64,000 nt of DNA, from assembly GCA_021298315.1 (NCBI GenBank), contig JAJTFC010000007.1:2819-66818 (forward strand), written 5' to 3'. The DNA comes from Planctomycetaceae bacterium (lineage in GTDB: Bacteria > Planctomycetota > Planctomycetia > Pirellulales > Pirellulaceae). The notes beneath the pieces are model-generated. The model made no database searches. It was not told the origin of the DNA and saw only the letters and a list, made by a program, of their open reading frames with translations. The position numbers and the translations under genes were made by a program. This document shows positions 48,362 to 57,576 of this stretch, piece by piece (positions within the stretch are counted from its first letter, which is position 1; every line of letters starts with the position of its first letter).

Positions 48362-49147
48362 TCAAGCTCCGGTGCGATTGGGAAGACGGCTTCGAAACCA
48401 TTGTTTGGTGAGGATCAGAGGTTTGATCCAAGGGCGTCGGCTGGGCCTGGGTAGATGCTGGTGCTCTAGCCCCTCGAAATACTGAATATTTTCGCGGATT
48501 TGTTCCTCGGTGAGCGTATCGCGATCGGCAAGCACGACGGCACCGACAAACTCGCCCTGGTTTCGAGGGACCGGAAACGGCAAACAAAATTCGTTGCCAT
48601 AGGAGAATAGTTCGCTGTGGACGAGCAAATCGTGTTCAAAACGAGGGTAGATCACCTCGCGCAGAAAGACTTGATCTTGGCCCTTGCGAGCCCAAACCCC
48701 CCAGCGATCGATCAGTTCTTGGATATCTCGAACCGCTCCCCCTTTGCAGCCCCACATGCCGCCCATGATGACGACTTGATGCTCTGGATGATCTCGCATC
48801 AGGTGCAGTGTCTTACCGCTGTCGAGCCATTGCTCGACGGCCAAAGCTTCACGCAGAGTTGGACGGGAGTCAGTATCTCGGATGATCACCGCATCGAGGC
48901 TAGGATCGCCTACTGGTAAGAATCTCCAAAACATACCATCGATGAGCCCTTGGCGCTGCTTGCGGATGACCTCTGCGCCATCGGCCAACAGGGCGTCGAC
49001 GGTCGATTGCTGAACTTCTTGCGAGACATAAACGCGGGGGGTCCAACCGGGATAGATTTTCTTGACGAGCCTTACGTTTCGCAGTGCACCTTGGATGTAC
49101 AATTCTTTCGTACCGTAGAGGGAATACGACACAACGCGTTTTGCCAT
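48362..49147 (-). CDS. Hypothetical glycosyltransferase-like protein (GT-A-like DxD)
   Basis: Motifs VVSYSLYG..Y..GA..N, MFWRFLP, RDTDSR, MRDHP.H, MGGMWG, DQVFL. AAGGA ribosome-binding site upstream of the ATG at 49147. Confidence 0.65.
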   Translation of the reverse strand: MAKRVVSYSLYGTKELYIQGALRNVRLVKKIYPGWTPRVYVSQEVQQSTVDALLADGAEVIRKQRQGLIDGMFWRFLPVGDPSLDAVIIRDTDSRPTLREALAVEQWLDSGKTLHLMRDHPEHQVVIMGGMWGCKGGAVRDIQELIDRWGVWARKGQDQVFLREVIYPRFEHDLLVHSELFSYGNEFCLPFPVPRNQGEFVGAVVLADRDTLTEEQIRENIQYFEGLEHQHLPRPSRRPWIKPLILTKQWFRSRLPNRTGA

Positions 49148-49161
49148 GGCTGGTCCTTCCT

Positions 49162-49974
49162 TTAGGCGACTGCAGATTGCTCGCTGGGGTATTCGATCTG
49201 ATTCCAGTCCAACTCGGTGGCAGTTCCCAATGGCCGATCGGGATAACGAAAGTTGTGATAGTAGAGTTTGGTGTGCTTCATATCGAGCGATTCGATCATG
49301 CATCGGATGGAGCTTTCCATGCAGTGGACTTCTGCAGCGCGCTCCAGAAGCAATCCCAAGTGGAAGATGCTTTCGGTAATGTCGTTTCGAACGATGGGGA
49401 AGCGAATTGAGTCGGTTCGAACTTCGAAACCCCGAGACGGATCGTCATGGACAAAAGCGTATGCTCGCTCGCTAAGGTTTCGATCGACGATAAGTTTCTT
49501 GTAGACACGTTCTTCTTGTTGGTAGTCCCTGTTCCAGTAGCAATGGCTGTAACGGACGCCGTAGGGGACGTCGGCTTGAAGGTAGAAGAGTTGATCGAAG
49601 AAGGTGCTTGGATGCGATTTCAGGAGTGGTCGCAATGCGCGATGTCCAAGGCATAGGAAGTTCCGGGATTTTCGTTGCTTGAGAATTCTCTGCACAGCAT
49701 CGCTTTCGCGTTTGGATGAAGAGAGAATTTCAAGAACGATGCGGGGTTCGTCGCGGTACATCCATTGGGTCATTGCACCGTTATTGGCTTTGCAAAATAC
49801 CCGGATCGATCGATCCGGGTGCAAACGATCCAGCAGATAACGAACCATGCCGTTAAAGTGGATCATATCCCCGAGTCCGAGCGTATGGTGGATGTAGATA
49901 TCCTGAGTGAAATTCAAATCGCGAATTGGCAAAGATCGAACGTTAAACAACTTGGTAATGTCCAACTGAACCAC
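49162..49974 (-). CDS. Hypothetical protein, possibly a glycan-modifying transferase
   Basis: Motifs HHTLGLGDMIHFNG, FVHDDPSRG, AAEVHCMESS. The GLGD loop recalls GT9/GT11-type GT-B enzymes. Confidence 0.55.
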   Translation of the reverse strand: MVQLDITKLFNVRSLPIRDLNFTQDIYIHHTLGLGDMIHFNGMVRYLLDRLHPDRSIRVFCKANNGAMTQWMYRDEPRIVLEILSSSKRESDAVQRILKQRKSRNFLCLGHRALRPLLKSHPSTFFDQLFYLQADVPYGVRYSHCYWNRDYQQEERVYKKLIVDRNLSERAYAFVHDDPSRGFEVRTDSIRFPIVRNDITESIFHLGLLLERAAEVHCMESSIRCMIESLDMKHTKLYYHNFRYPDRPLGTATELDWNQIEYPSEQSAVA

Positions 49975-50087
49975 GCCTAAGTCCTCTGAATTCAGAAGGG
50001 AAACCCCTTGATGCTATCGCTAATGCGAGCATTCCGTTGTTGTTGCTATAGCAAAACGGCGTTCATCAAGGCAAGACAGGAAACCTG

Positions 50088-50455
50088 GACAAATGCCCGG
50101 GGACAGACCCCGAGCAAACTGGGTTGAGATTGATAGCAAATCCCGCAGGCAGCCACGCCGGGTGCCTGGCACCGATCCGCCAACCTCGAAGGAAAATGCT
50201 AGCAAACGCATAGACAAATGCCCGGGGACAGACCCCGAGCAAACTGAGTTGGGATTGATAGCAAATCTCACAGGCAGCCACGCCGGGTGCCTGGCACCGA
50301 TCCGGCAGCCTCGAAGGCAGATGCTAGCAAACGCATAGACAAATGCCCGGGGACAGACCCCGAGCAAACTGGGTTGGGATTGCTAGCAAATCCCGCAGGC
50401 AGCCACGCCGGGTGCCTGGCACCGATCCGGCAGTCAGGCAGACAAATGCTAGCAA
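50088..50455. repeat. Three tandem 125-bp units carrying REP-like mini-hairpins
   Basis: Units start at 50088, 50213 and 50338 with GACAAATGCCCGGGGACAGACCCCGAGCAAACT, and each contains GGTGCCTGGCACC. Only scattered substitutions differ between units. Confidence 0.93.
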
Positions 50456-50483
50456 TCAATCCATAGGGCGCGAAACCAGCAGG

Positions 50484-50918
50484 CTAAATCGCTGCAGGAT
50501 TGGCACCCAAAAATCCAACCTTGATCCCGTTTTGCTGAAGGATACTGGTCGCTTTCCCATTGATGACCAACAGAAGGATCAGCCCTAAACACGGGAAAAA
50601 AGAACCTATCGCGAAAGCGATCCCCAGTCCTATTCCGTAGACTTTGATGGCAAGCATGAAAACAAAGACCGCGCCAGCGATCCCAGCTACCAAAAGTCCT
50701 AACAACGCTATCAGCGAACCCAGCCCACCATAGGGACCAAGTGCTGCACCAAGGACAAAGATGAGTATGTAGAAAAGAAATTGTAGCAAAATGCAGGAAA
50801 TGATCCCCTTTTGATACTGAGCCACCCGACGTAGATCCTCTCGGCTGCCCGATAAGATTCCTGTTACCTCACTCACTGAATCTGCAGATGATTCGGACGG
50901 TTGATACGGATTTTCCAT
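50484..50918 (-). CDS. Small membrane protein with N-terminal NPY motif
   Basis: MENPYQPS followed by 3-4 TM helices, a PCxG loop and C-terminal GIKVGFLGA. Confidence 0.75.
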   Translation of the reverse strand: MENPYQPSESSADSVSEVTGILSGSREDLRRVAQYQKGIISCILLQFLFYILIFVLGAALGPYGGLGSLIALLGLLVAGIAGAVFVFMLAIKVYGIGLGIAFAIGSFFPCLGLILLLVINGKATSILQQNGIKVGFLGANPAAI

Positions 50919-51153
50919 GGCAGGGCGCTCTCTATTTAATTCATGGGCTATTCGAAAAGAGATCGGACACAAAACGTCTCACGAACATAGGCTATAACGG
51001 AGCTTGGTTCAACTAGAGTAGAAACACCTCACGACGATCCGGCAGATCCGCTGGATCCTACAGACTGGACTAGACTCGCTAAGCGATTTGTTGGTATTAC
51101 AGGTCTTTTATAGCCTGCTAAGTCCCAATGTCTTTGAATAACAAACCAACCTC

Positions 51154-51633
51154 ATGACACCCATCACCCGACGCCGACGCAAAAAGCGGAGATTCTATTG
51201 GGTCGAACTGGGCTTTCTCCTCCTGGGACTTATCGGACTTCGCCCAGAAATTCTCACCGAAGTGTTCCCCAACAATCGCGCAAACGCCCCTACTGCGGCT
51301 TACTACACCCAACCCCTTTTGCAACCCGTCTACCAGCCAATTTATCAAGCACCCTCGCAGCAATTGGCTTACGGCTACCCTCAATACCAACAACAATACC
51401 AGCAGCAACATCAACAACAATATCAACAACCTCTATACCAATACCAAGGGACTTACGATTCCGGTCGCTACGATCCTGCCCGCATGGCTGCGAATCCCTC
51501 GCAGCTAACAAGCCGCTATCCGACTGCCCCCTCGGGATATGCAACCGGGTCGACTTCCTCGAACCAATCGACACCCCCTGTTGTTTGGCCCGAAGGTTAT
51601 CAACCAGGCACCTCGAATTACTACCGTCGATGA
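51154..51633 (+). CDS. Hypothetical membrane-anchored Q/Y/P-rich low-complexity protein
   Basis: RRRRKKRR, one hydrophobic helix, then QYQQQ repeats. Its stop overlaps the epmA start (ATGA). Confidence 0.6.
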   Translation: MTPITRRRRKKRRFYWVELGFLLLGLIGLRPEILTEVFPNNRANAPTAAYYTQPLLQPVYQPIYQAPSQQLAYGYPQYQQQYQQQHQQQYQQPLYQYQGTYDSGRYDPARMAANPSQLTSRYPTAPSGYATGSTSSNQSTPPVVWPEGYQPGTSNYYRR

Positions 51634-52601
51634 ACCCCGAGTGCCTCTCCTCTGCACCCATCGAGAACCTCGTTCGTCGATCCAAGCTGGCTAAAACCCT
51701 CCGCGAGTTCTTCGACGCGCAGGGATTTGTCGAAGTCCATACGCCGATCCTCTCTCGCTTTTGCGTGATCGATCGACACCTCGATCCGATCCGAGTGCCA
51801 GGCCGCTGCATTGGTATCGGCGGCGATCAAGACTGGTACTTGCAAACCTCTCCCGAACAATCGATGAAACGATTGCTCGCAAGCGGCCTAGGTAGCTGCT
51901 ATCAACTCGGCAGTGTTTTTCGCTCAAGCGAATTCGGACAATTCCACAACCCTGAATTCACCATGGCTGAATGGTACGATGTCTCAGCCGACCTGGCTGC
52001 CGGACTGGCCTTGCTCGACAAACTCTTGATGGCACTCCTTGGTACCCCTTCAGCCGAGCACGTGCGATTCGAGTCGGCCTTTGAGCAAGCCACCGGACTG
52101 CGACTCTTTGAATGCACTTCCGAAAAGCTTGCTCAGTGGGCCATGGATCGCAAACTCGTCGATCGAGCCGATTGGGCAAGCGACTGGGACGATTGGGTCA
52201 ACTTGATCTTCTCACACGTTGTGCAACCATCGCTGGGGCTTAGCCGACCAGTGCTTGTGACCCACTTTCCAGCAAGCCAAGCTGCGTTGGCGAAACTCGA
52301 CCCAAAAGATCCTCGCACGGCAGAGCGCTACGAAGCGTTTTACCTTGGAGTCGAACTGGCCAACGGATACCACGAACTATGCGACCCGGACGAACTGGCT
52401 CATCGAGCTGCCATCGCCAACGAGCAACGGATCGCTGATGGGAAATTCGCCCTTCGGCTCGAAAGCCCGCTGGTCGATGCGATGCGATGTGGCATTCCAA
52501 ATAGTTGCGGTTGCGCCCTTGGCTTTGACCGTGTGGTCATGCTCGCCTGCGGTGCAAAGAGCCTCAAAGAAGTGATCCCTTTTACGGCTGATCGAGCCTA
52601 G
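51630..52601 (+). CDS. epmA: EF-P lysine aminoacylase
   Basis: LysRS-like catalytic domain without anticodon domain: FVEVHTP, YLQTSPE..MKRLL, HNPEFTMAEWY, AERYE, ELANGYHEL, GCALGFDR. Confidence 0.92.
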   Translation: MNPECLSSAPIENLVRRSKLAKTLREFFDAQGFVEVHTPILSRFCVIDRHLDPIRVPGRCIGIGGDQDWYLQTSPEQSMKRLLASGLGSCYQLGSVFRSSEFGQFHNPEFTMAEWYDVSADLAAGLALLDKLLMALLGTPSAEHVRFESAFEQATGLRLFECTSEKLAQWAMDRKLVDRADWASDWDDWVNLIFSHVVQPSLGLSRPVLVTHFPASQAALAKLDPKDPRTAERYEAFYLGVELANGYHELCDPDELAHRAAIANEQRIADGKFALRLESPLVDAMRCGIPNSCGCALGFDRVVMLACGAKSLKEVIPFTADRA

Positions 52602-52697
52602 AGCACTGGGAATTTGCAATCCGCTTTGGCTTGCAGTATCTTCTTGAGGTTTTCCATGTGCAGCTTTGCCAAACATTTCTATCTTTGGAATCCCTCT

Positions 52698-53228
52698 ATG
52701 ACAAAAAACCCCAATCTCGATTTGAGCTCCTTTATCCGCGCGATTCCCGATTTCCCCAAGCCTGGGATCCTCTTCCGCGACATCACTCCACTGCTAGGGG
52801 ATCCAAAGGCCTTCGAAGAGACCATCGAACGCATGGCAAACCTTGTTCGAGGTGAGAAAATCGATGCCCTTGTGGCTGCTGAAGCCCGGGGTTTTATCTT
52901 CGCCGCCCCACTGGCACTAGCACTCGGAGCGGCCTTCGTTCCGGTTCGCAAACCGGGCAAGCTCCCCTATGAAACCCACTCTTACTCGTACGATCTTGAA
53001 TACGGTAGCGATACTCTGCATATGCACACCGATGCGATCAAGCCCGGTGCGCGGGTCTGGATCGTCGACGATCTGCTGGCCACCGGTGGTACCGTAGAAG
53101 CTTGCATCAAACTGCTTGAAAACTTTCAAGCCAATGTCGTGGGTGCATTGTTTTGCATCGAGTTAGAGTTTCTCGATGGCAGACGACGCTTGACCCCTCA
53201 TCGCGTCGAAGCTCTGCTGAAATACTAA
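52698..53228 (+). CDS. apt: Adenine phosphoribosyltransferase
   Basis: Motifs IPDFPKPGILFRDIT, EARGF, RKPGKLP, YDLEYG, VDDLLATGGT. Confidence 0.96.
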   Translation: MTKNPNLDLSSFIRAIPDFPKPGILFRDITPLLGDPKAFEETIERMANLVRGEKIDALVAAEARGFIFAAPLALALGAAFVPVRKPGKLPYETHSYSYDLEYGSDTLHMHTDAIKPGARVWIVDDLLATGGTVEACIKLLENFQANVVGALFCIELEFLDGRRRLTPHRVEALLKY

Positions 53229-53236
53229 GGAAATTT

Positions 53237-53423
53237 GGTCATTCAGGGGTTTTAGTGGGTCCGAGCTACTCGTACTCGAATAGCCTGAACCGATTCAATT
53301 CCATCACCTTATTAAAAAAGATGGAAGCTCCCCTCCGAGTACGAGTACCATTTCATTGAGTACGAGCACGAGTACGATAAGTACCATCAACCCAAATTTG
53401 CAGCCACCATAACTCTTGATGCC
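53237..53423 (+). mobile_element. MITE-like fold-back element, copy D (shortened/diverged)
   Basis: Left end GGTCATTCAGGGGTTTTAGTGGGTC matches the end of copy B. TACTCGTACTCG arm, CCTGAACCGATTCAA core and CGAGTACGAGTACCATTTCATTGAGTACGAG arm. Ends just before the sulfatase ATG. Confidence 0.65.
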
Positions 53424-53425
53424 TT

Positions 53426-55459
53426 ATGCGAAACGTATTGCCTTTGATTCTCAAGTCGTTGGTCTTGTGGCTGGTCTTGCTCTCGCGGTCCATCGCTTCG
53501 GATGCAAGACCAAACTTTTTGTTTATCTACACCGATGACCAGCGGCACGATGCGCTAGGCTGTGTCCAACAAGAATTGATCCAAAGCGGAAAGCAATCTT
53601 CAGCCCGATTCCCTTGGATCGAATCCCCAAACCTCGATCGATTAGCCAGCGAAGGTCTTCGATTCCGGAACGCTTTTGTCGTCACAGCCCTTTGCGCTCC
53701 GAGCCGAGCCGCATTCCTGACCGGTTGCTATGGACACATCAATGGTGTGATCGACAACCATACCCCCTTCCCAATCGAAAGCGTCACGCACGCATCGCTC
53801 ATGCGCCCAGCCGGTTACAAGACGGCGTATATCGGCAAGTGGCACATGGGGAGCCAATCGGGCAAACGGCCAGGGTTCGATTTCTCGGCGAGTTTCATCG
53901 GGCAAGGTGTCTATTTCGATTGCCCTGTCGAGATCGATGGTGTCAAAACGGCCACCCAAGGCTGGATCGATGATGTATCGACCGAATTTGCGTTGGAGTT
54001 CATGCGTCAAAACAAGGACCAACCCTTCTCGATCGTACTGGGTTATAAAACTTGCCACGGTCCGTTCACTCCTCCGCCACGTACCGAGGGCGATTATCCG
54101 AACTCCCTGGCTCGGGTTGTTCCGAACTTAAGCACCCCTGCGATTTATAAGGAAGATCAAAGTTCCAAGCCCATCGATACCGATTCGGTTGCTACGAATC
54201 TTGGGATGTTTCGAGGACTCAAGGCCATCGACCAAAACGTCGGAAAGCTCCTAGATCAACTCGATCGGCTCGGACTCTCGGACAATACCGTCGTCGTCTA
54301 CTCAAGCGACAACGGTTATTACCTTGGTGAACATGGCCTCGGTGACAAACGCTCGGCGTACGAAGAGTCGATGCGAATTCCGATGCTCATCCGCTATCCG
54401 AAAGAAATCCCCGCCGGATCAACCCACGATGCGATGGTGCTAAACATCGACCTTGCTCCGACCTTTCTGGAACTTGCCGGGCTTGCAATCCCAGAGAATA
54501 TGCAAGGCAAAAGCTGGAAACCGTTGTGGCATTCGAAAACTACCTCGCCCAAATGGCGAGAAGATTTTTTCTATTCGTACTTTCGCGAAGGTAGATTCGC
54601 TACGCCTACAATCACTGCCCTTCGAACCGACTCGATGAAGCTTATCAAGTATCCAGGCAAAGAAGCATGGAGCGAACTGTTCGATCTAGCGAATGATCCT
54701 TACGAAACACGCAATCTTTACAACAATCAAGCTTACGCTGACAAACGTGCTGATCTGGAACGTCGCCATCAGGAGCGAGCCAAACAAATCAGCTACCATG
54801 TTCCAGAGTTTGCCGACGAGAAACGACTCAAACCCCAGGATCTGCTGCCTGAGGATCCAACTATCAAGCCCGCGAATGCTTGGGTGCTCGACTACTCTTT
54901 CGATGGCAAACTCAACGCAACAGTTTCCGATCGATCCGACTTCAAGAACGATGGTAAGGTGGTCGGCAGGTTGCAGTCTGCAGATGGACCTCAAGGCACT
55001 GTGGCTCGATTCGACGGTAAGAGTTATATCGAAGTACCAATGAGCAAGGTTTTAAATCCAGCTCGCAGTCCAATGACTATCGAGGTGACGCTTCGAGCAT
55101 CTGCCGACGGTGTGGTGGTTGCCCGAGGGGGACAAAACCTCGGCTTTCTCATCGAGATCGAAAAGGGCCGGCCGGTCTTCGCTTACCGTGGACCCGAAGG
55201 CTTCTGGCGAGTTGTCGGCTCCGATCCGATTTTGGATAAATGGGTGACGCTCAAAGCAACTCTCGGTAAAGACCAGCAAATGAAAGTCTTTGTAGACGGT
55301 CAACAAGTGGGCCAAGCCCAAGCAAAAGGATTCATTCCTAGAAATCCTAATGATGGACTGCAAATCGGATCCGATTCGGGCAGTCCAGTCGACAAGAAAT
55401 CCTCTTCAAATTTCCAAGGGGAGATTCAGCGAGTGCGGATCTATCACGGCTCGCTATGA
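53426..55459 (+). CDS. Cys-type sulfatase with C-terminal LamG-like jelly-roll domain
   Basis: Motifs RPNFLFIYTDDQ, LCAPSRAAFLTG (CxPxR), GKWH, SDNG, ELFDLANDPYE, followed by a LamG-like D.S..NDG..FDG..VFVDG domain. Confidence 0.93.
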   Translation: MRNVLPLILKSLVLWLVLLSRSIASDARPNFLFIYTDDQRHDALGCVQQELIQSGKQSSARFPWIESPNLDRLASEGLRFRNAFVVTALCAPSRAAFLTGCYGHINGVIDNHTPFPIESVTHASLMRPAGYKTAYIGKWHMGSQSGKRPGFDFSASFIGQGVYFDCPVEIDGVKTATQGWIDDVSTEFALEFMRQNKDQPFSIVLGYKTCHGPFTPPPRTEGDYPNSLARVVPNLSTPAIYKEDQSSKPIDTDSVATNLGMFRGLKAIDQNVGKLLDQLDRLGLSDNTVVVYSSDNGYYLGEHGLGDKRSAYEESMRIPMLIRYPKEIPAGSTHDAMVLNIDLAPTFLELAGLAIPENMQGKSWKPLWHSKTTSPKWREDFFYSYFREGRFATPTITALRTDSMKLIKYPGKEAWSELFDLANDPYETRNLYNNQAYADKRADLERRHQERAKQISYHVPEFADEKRLKPQDLLPEDPTIKPANAWVLDYSFDGKLNATVSDRSDFKNDGKVVGRLQSADGPQGTVARFDGKSYIEVPMSKVLNPARSPMTIEVTLRASADGVVVARGGQNLGFLIEIEKGRPVFAYRGPEGFWRVVGSDPILDKWVTLKATLGKDQQMKVFVDGQQVGQAQAKGFIPRNPNDGLQIGSDSGSPVDKKSSSNFQGEIQRVRIYHGSL

Positions 55460-55944
55460 ACGATTCGAGTATCAACCCTTATGAGCCGCCCTCTACAGAA
55501 TCCCAGATTGGGATCGACATCCAAGGGCAACTTCCGGAGCAGTCTATCGAACAGATTCGCCGTAGGGTATCGAGACCCGGTATGGCCCTTATGATCATGG
55601 GTTCGATCGCCTCAGTGTTTCCTGCAGTTAATATTGTATACTTCACATATTATCTGCTCACACAAGGATTAGACTTTGGCTTGAAGCAATATAATCCCAT
55701 CATCCCTGCCATCCTGGTAAACGGAGTTTTCTTCATGATCTGGCTCCTGATTTCCATCGGTGGAGCGAAGATGGCTTTCTTAGAGTCTTACTCGTTAGCT
55801 CGCGTAGCTGCATTGCTTGCCTGTATTCCCATTATCACTCCGTTTATTATCATCGGCATTCCCTTTGGTATTTGGGGCTTGATCCTGCTCAACGACCCGA
55901 GAGTGAAAGCGGCATACGAGTCGGTGGCAAGAGACAAGCGATGA
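55456..55944 (+). CDS. Small membrane protein with N-terminal NPY motif
   Basis: INPYEPP, several TM helices, and GIPFGIWGLILLNDPRVKAAY. Overlaps the sulfatase stop (ATGA). Confidence 0.75.
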   Translation: MNDSSINPYEPPSTESQIGIDIQGQLPEQSIEQIRRRVSRPGMALMIMGSIASVFPAVNIVYFTYYLLTQGLDFGLKQYNPIIPAILVNGVFFMIWLLISIGGAKMAFLESYSLARVAALLACIPIITPFIIIGIPFGIWGLILLNDPRVKAAYESVARDKR

Positions 55945-55961
55945 TTGATGAGCGTGCTCGA

Positions 55962-57401
55962 CTAAGTTTCGAATTGGACTTTGCCGTGCTTGCTGGCTCG
56001 ACTGATTTTGTCCATGGCATACAGGCCTGAGAGCACAAACTCGACGCACGAGGCTCGGATGGCCGGATGCTCTGAAGCGTTGACTTCAAAGGCGGTGTTC
56101 CAAACCGGTGGCACATGCTTGAGTCGCTCGGCGTACGCTTCACTCGGGAGCAAATCCCCCACCTCGATTCTTACGCCTTTGTTGAAGATCTCGGCGATTT
56201 GGGACAGTCCATACTCCTGGACATACTTTTCAAATACCACCTTGACCGCGCTTGCGATGATCGCATCGAGCACTTTGCGCTCGGACATCTGATGCGATCC
56301 CATCAGATCGAGTTCAAGCTTACCCAGTGAGGAGGTTGCAAGGTGGCCTAGATCGCTGATGCGGGGAACGGCCAGCGGTTCACCGAGCACCACGGCCCGA
56401 TGGCGAGCCGAAGCGACCATCGTGCGAAAATTCGCCAAAGAAAATCTCGCGGAAACGCCAGATGCTTGATCCACGTACTTGCTAGCCCGTGCTTGGACCG
56501 TGATTTCTTCGATGATCTCGAGCATGAAATAAGGGATCTGCACTGGATACTTGCCCCCCAAGTCGATGCCGGACTCTTGGAGGAGGATCTCGATCCCCTG
56601 CTCTCTTTCCTTCGGATAATGCGTTTGAATCAGCGAGCCGATGCGATCCTTAAGCTGCGGGATCACCTTGCCGCTGCGGTTATAGGTGCTCGGGTTGGCT
56701 GAGAACATGATGAAGATGTCCAAATCGAATCGGACTGGGTAGCCTCGGATCTGCACATCTCGCTCCTCGAGGATGTTAAACAAACCGACTTGAACCAACT
56801 CGTCGAGTTCCGGGAGTTCATTCATGGCAAAGATACCTCGATGCATTCGGGGAATGAGGCCAAAGTGCAGCGCCGATTCGGAACTCATGCTCACTCCACC
56901 GGTGAGTTTCGACGGATCGATCTCGCCAATGATGTCAGCAAACTTGGTTCCCGGGGCAAGTCGTTCGACGTAACGTTCCTGGCGGTGCCACCATCCGATT
57001 GGGGTTTGCTCTGGGGAATGCGTTTTGAGGAAATCTTTGGCCTTTTGAGTGATCGGTCGCAGAGGGTCTTCATGCACCGGGACATCCTCGATATCCAAAT
57101 AGGGAACGTACTGGTCAAGGAACCGAATGAGCGTCCGCATGAGTCGGCTTTTGGCCTGCCCTTTTTCTCCTAGGAACAGCAAGTCGTGTCCGGCAAGCAA
57201 GGCGATATTGAGTTCTGGTAAAACGGTGTCTTGATAGCCGATAATTCCCGGAAAAAGTTCCTGCGAGGACTCCAAAGCACTGAGGAAATTCTCTCGGATT
57301 TCTTCTTTGACACTTCGGCTACGCCAACCACTTGCAAGCAGTTCGGCGAGCGTCCCAGGGCGTGATTGCTGGTCAATCGGTGGGGTTGGTAGGTCGGTCA
57401 T
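55962..57401 (-). CDS. Magnesium-chelatase-subunit-I-like AAA+ ATPase
   Basis: Motifs [10 protein letters not shown], Walker [55 protein letters not shown]. Confidence 0.85.
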   Translation of the reverse strand: MTDLPTPPIDQQSRPGTLAELLASGWRSRSVKEEIRENFLSALESSQELFPGIIGYQDTVLPELNIALLAGHDLLFLGEKGQAKSRLMRTLIRFLDQYVPYLDIEDVPVHEDPLRPITQKAKDFLKTHSPEQTPIGWWHRQERYVERLAPGTKFADIIGEIDPSKLTGGVSMSSESALHFGLIPRMHRGIFAMNELPELDELVQVGLFNILEERDVQIRGYPVRFDLDIFIMFSANPSTYNRSGKVIPQLKDRIGSLIQTHYPKEREQGIEILLQESGIDLGGKYPVQIPYFMLEIIEEITVQARASKYVDQASGVSARFSLANFRTMVASARHRAVVLGEPLAVPRISDLGHLATSSLGKLELDLMGSHQMSERKVLDAIIASAVKVVFEKYVQEYGLSQIAEIFNKGVRIEVGDLLPSEAYAERLKHVPPVWNTAFEVNASEHPAIRASCVEFVLSGLYAMDKISRASKHGKVQFET

Positions 57402-57576
57402 TAGGAAATCCAAAGCGGTTCGAGGTTGTGTCGCGGAATGCAACTATTTATACACAGATCTTCCATGGCATCTTACGGGACGGGTCAAGCGAAATCGCTG
57501 GAAATCCTCTCAGCACTTGGAAGAATCCCCCCGCTAGCAGATAATGCCTTTAACCATAAAGGAAGCGGGTATCTGC

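Noticed and set aside
50088-50455. Possible CRISPR array
   Set aside because: Whole 125-bp units are near-identical, with no unique spacers and no cas genes in the window.
50020-50588. Several short ORFs (e.g. two 81-aa MPGDRPRANW ORFs)
   Set aside because: They are translations of the tandem repeat in various frames, with no protein-like features.
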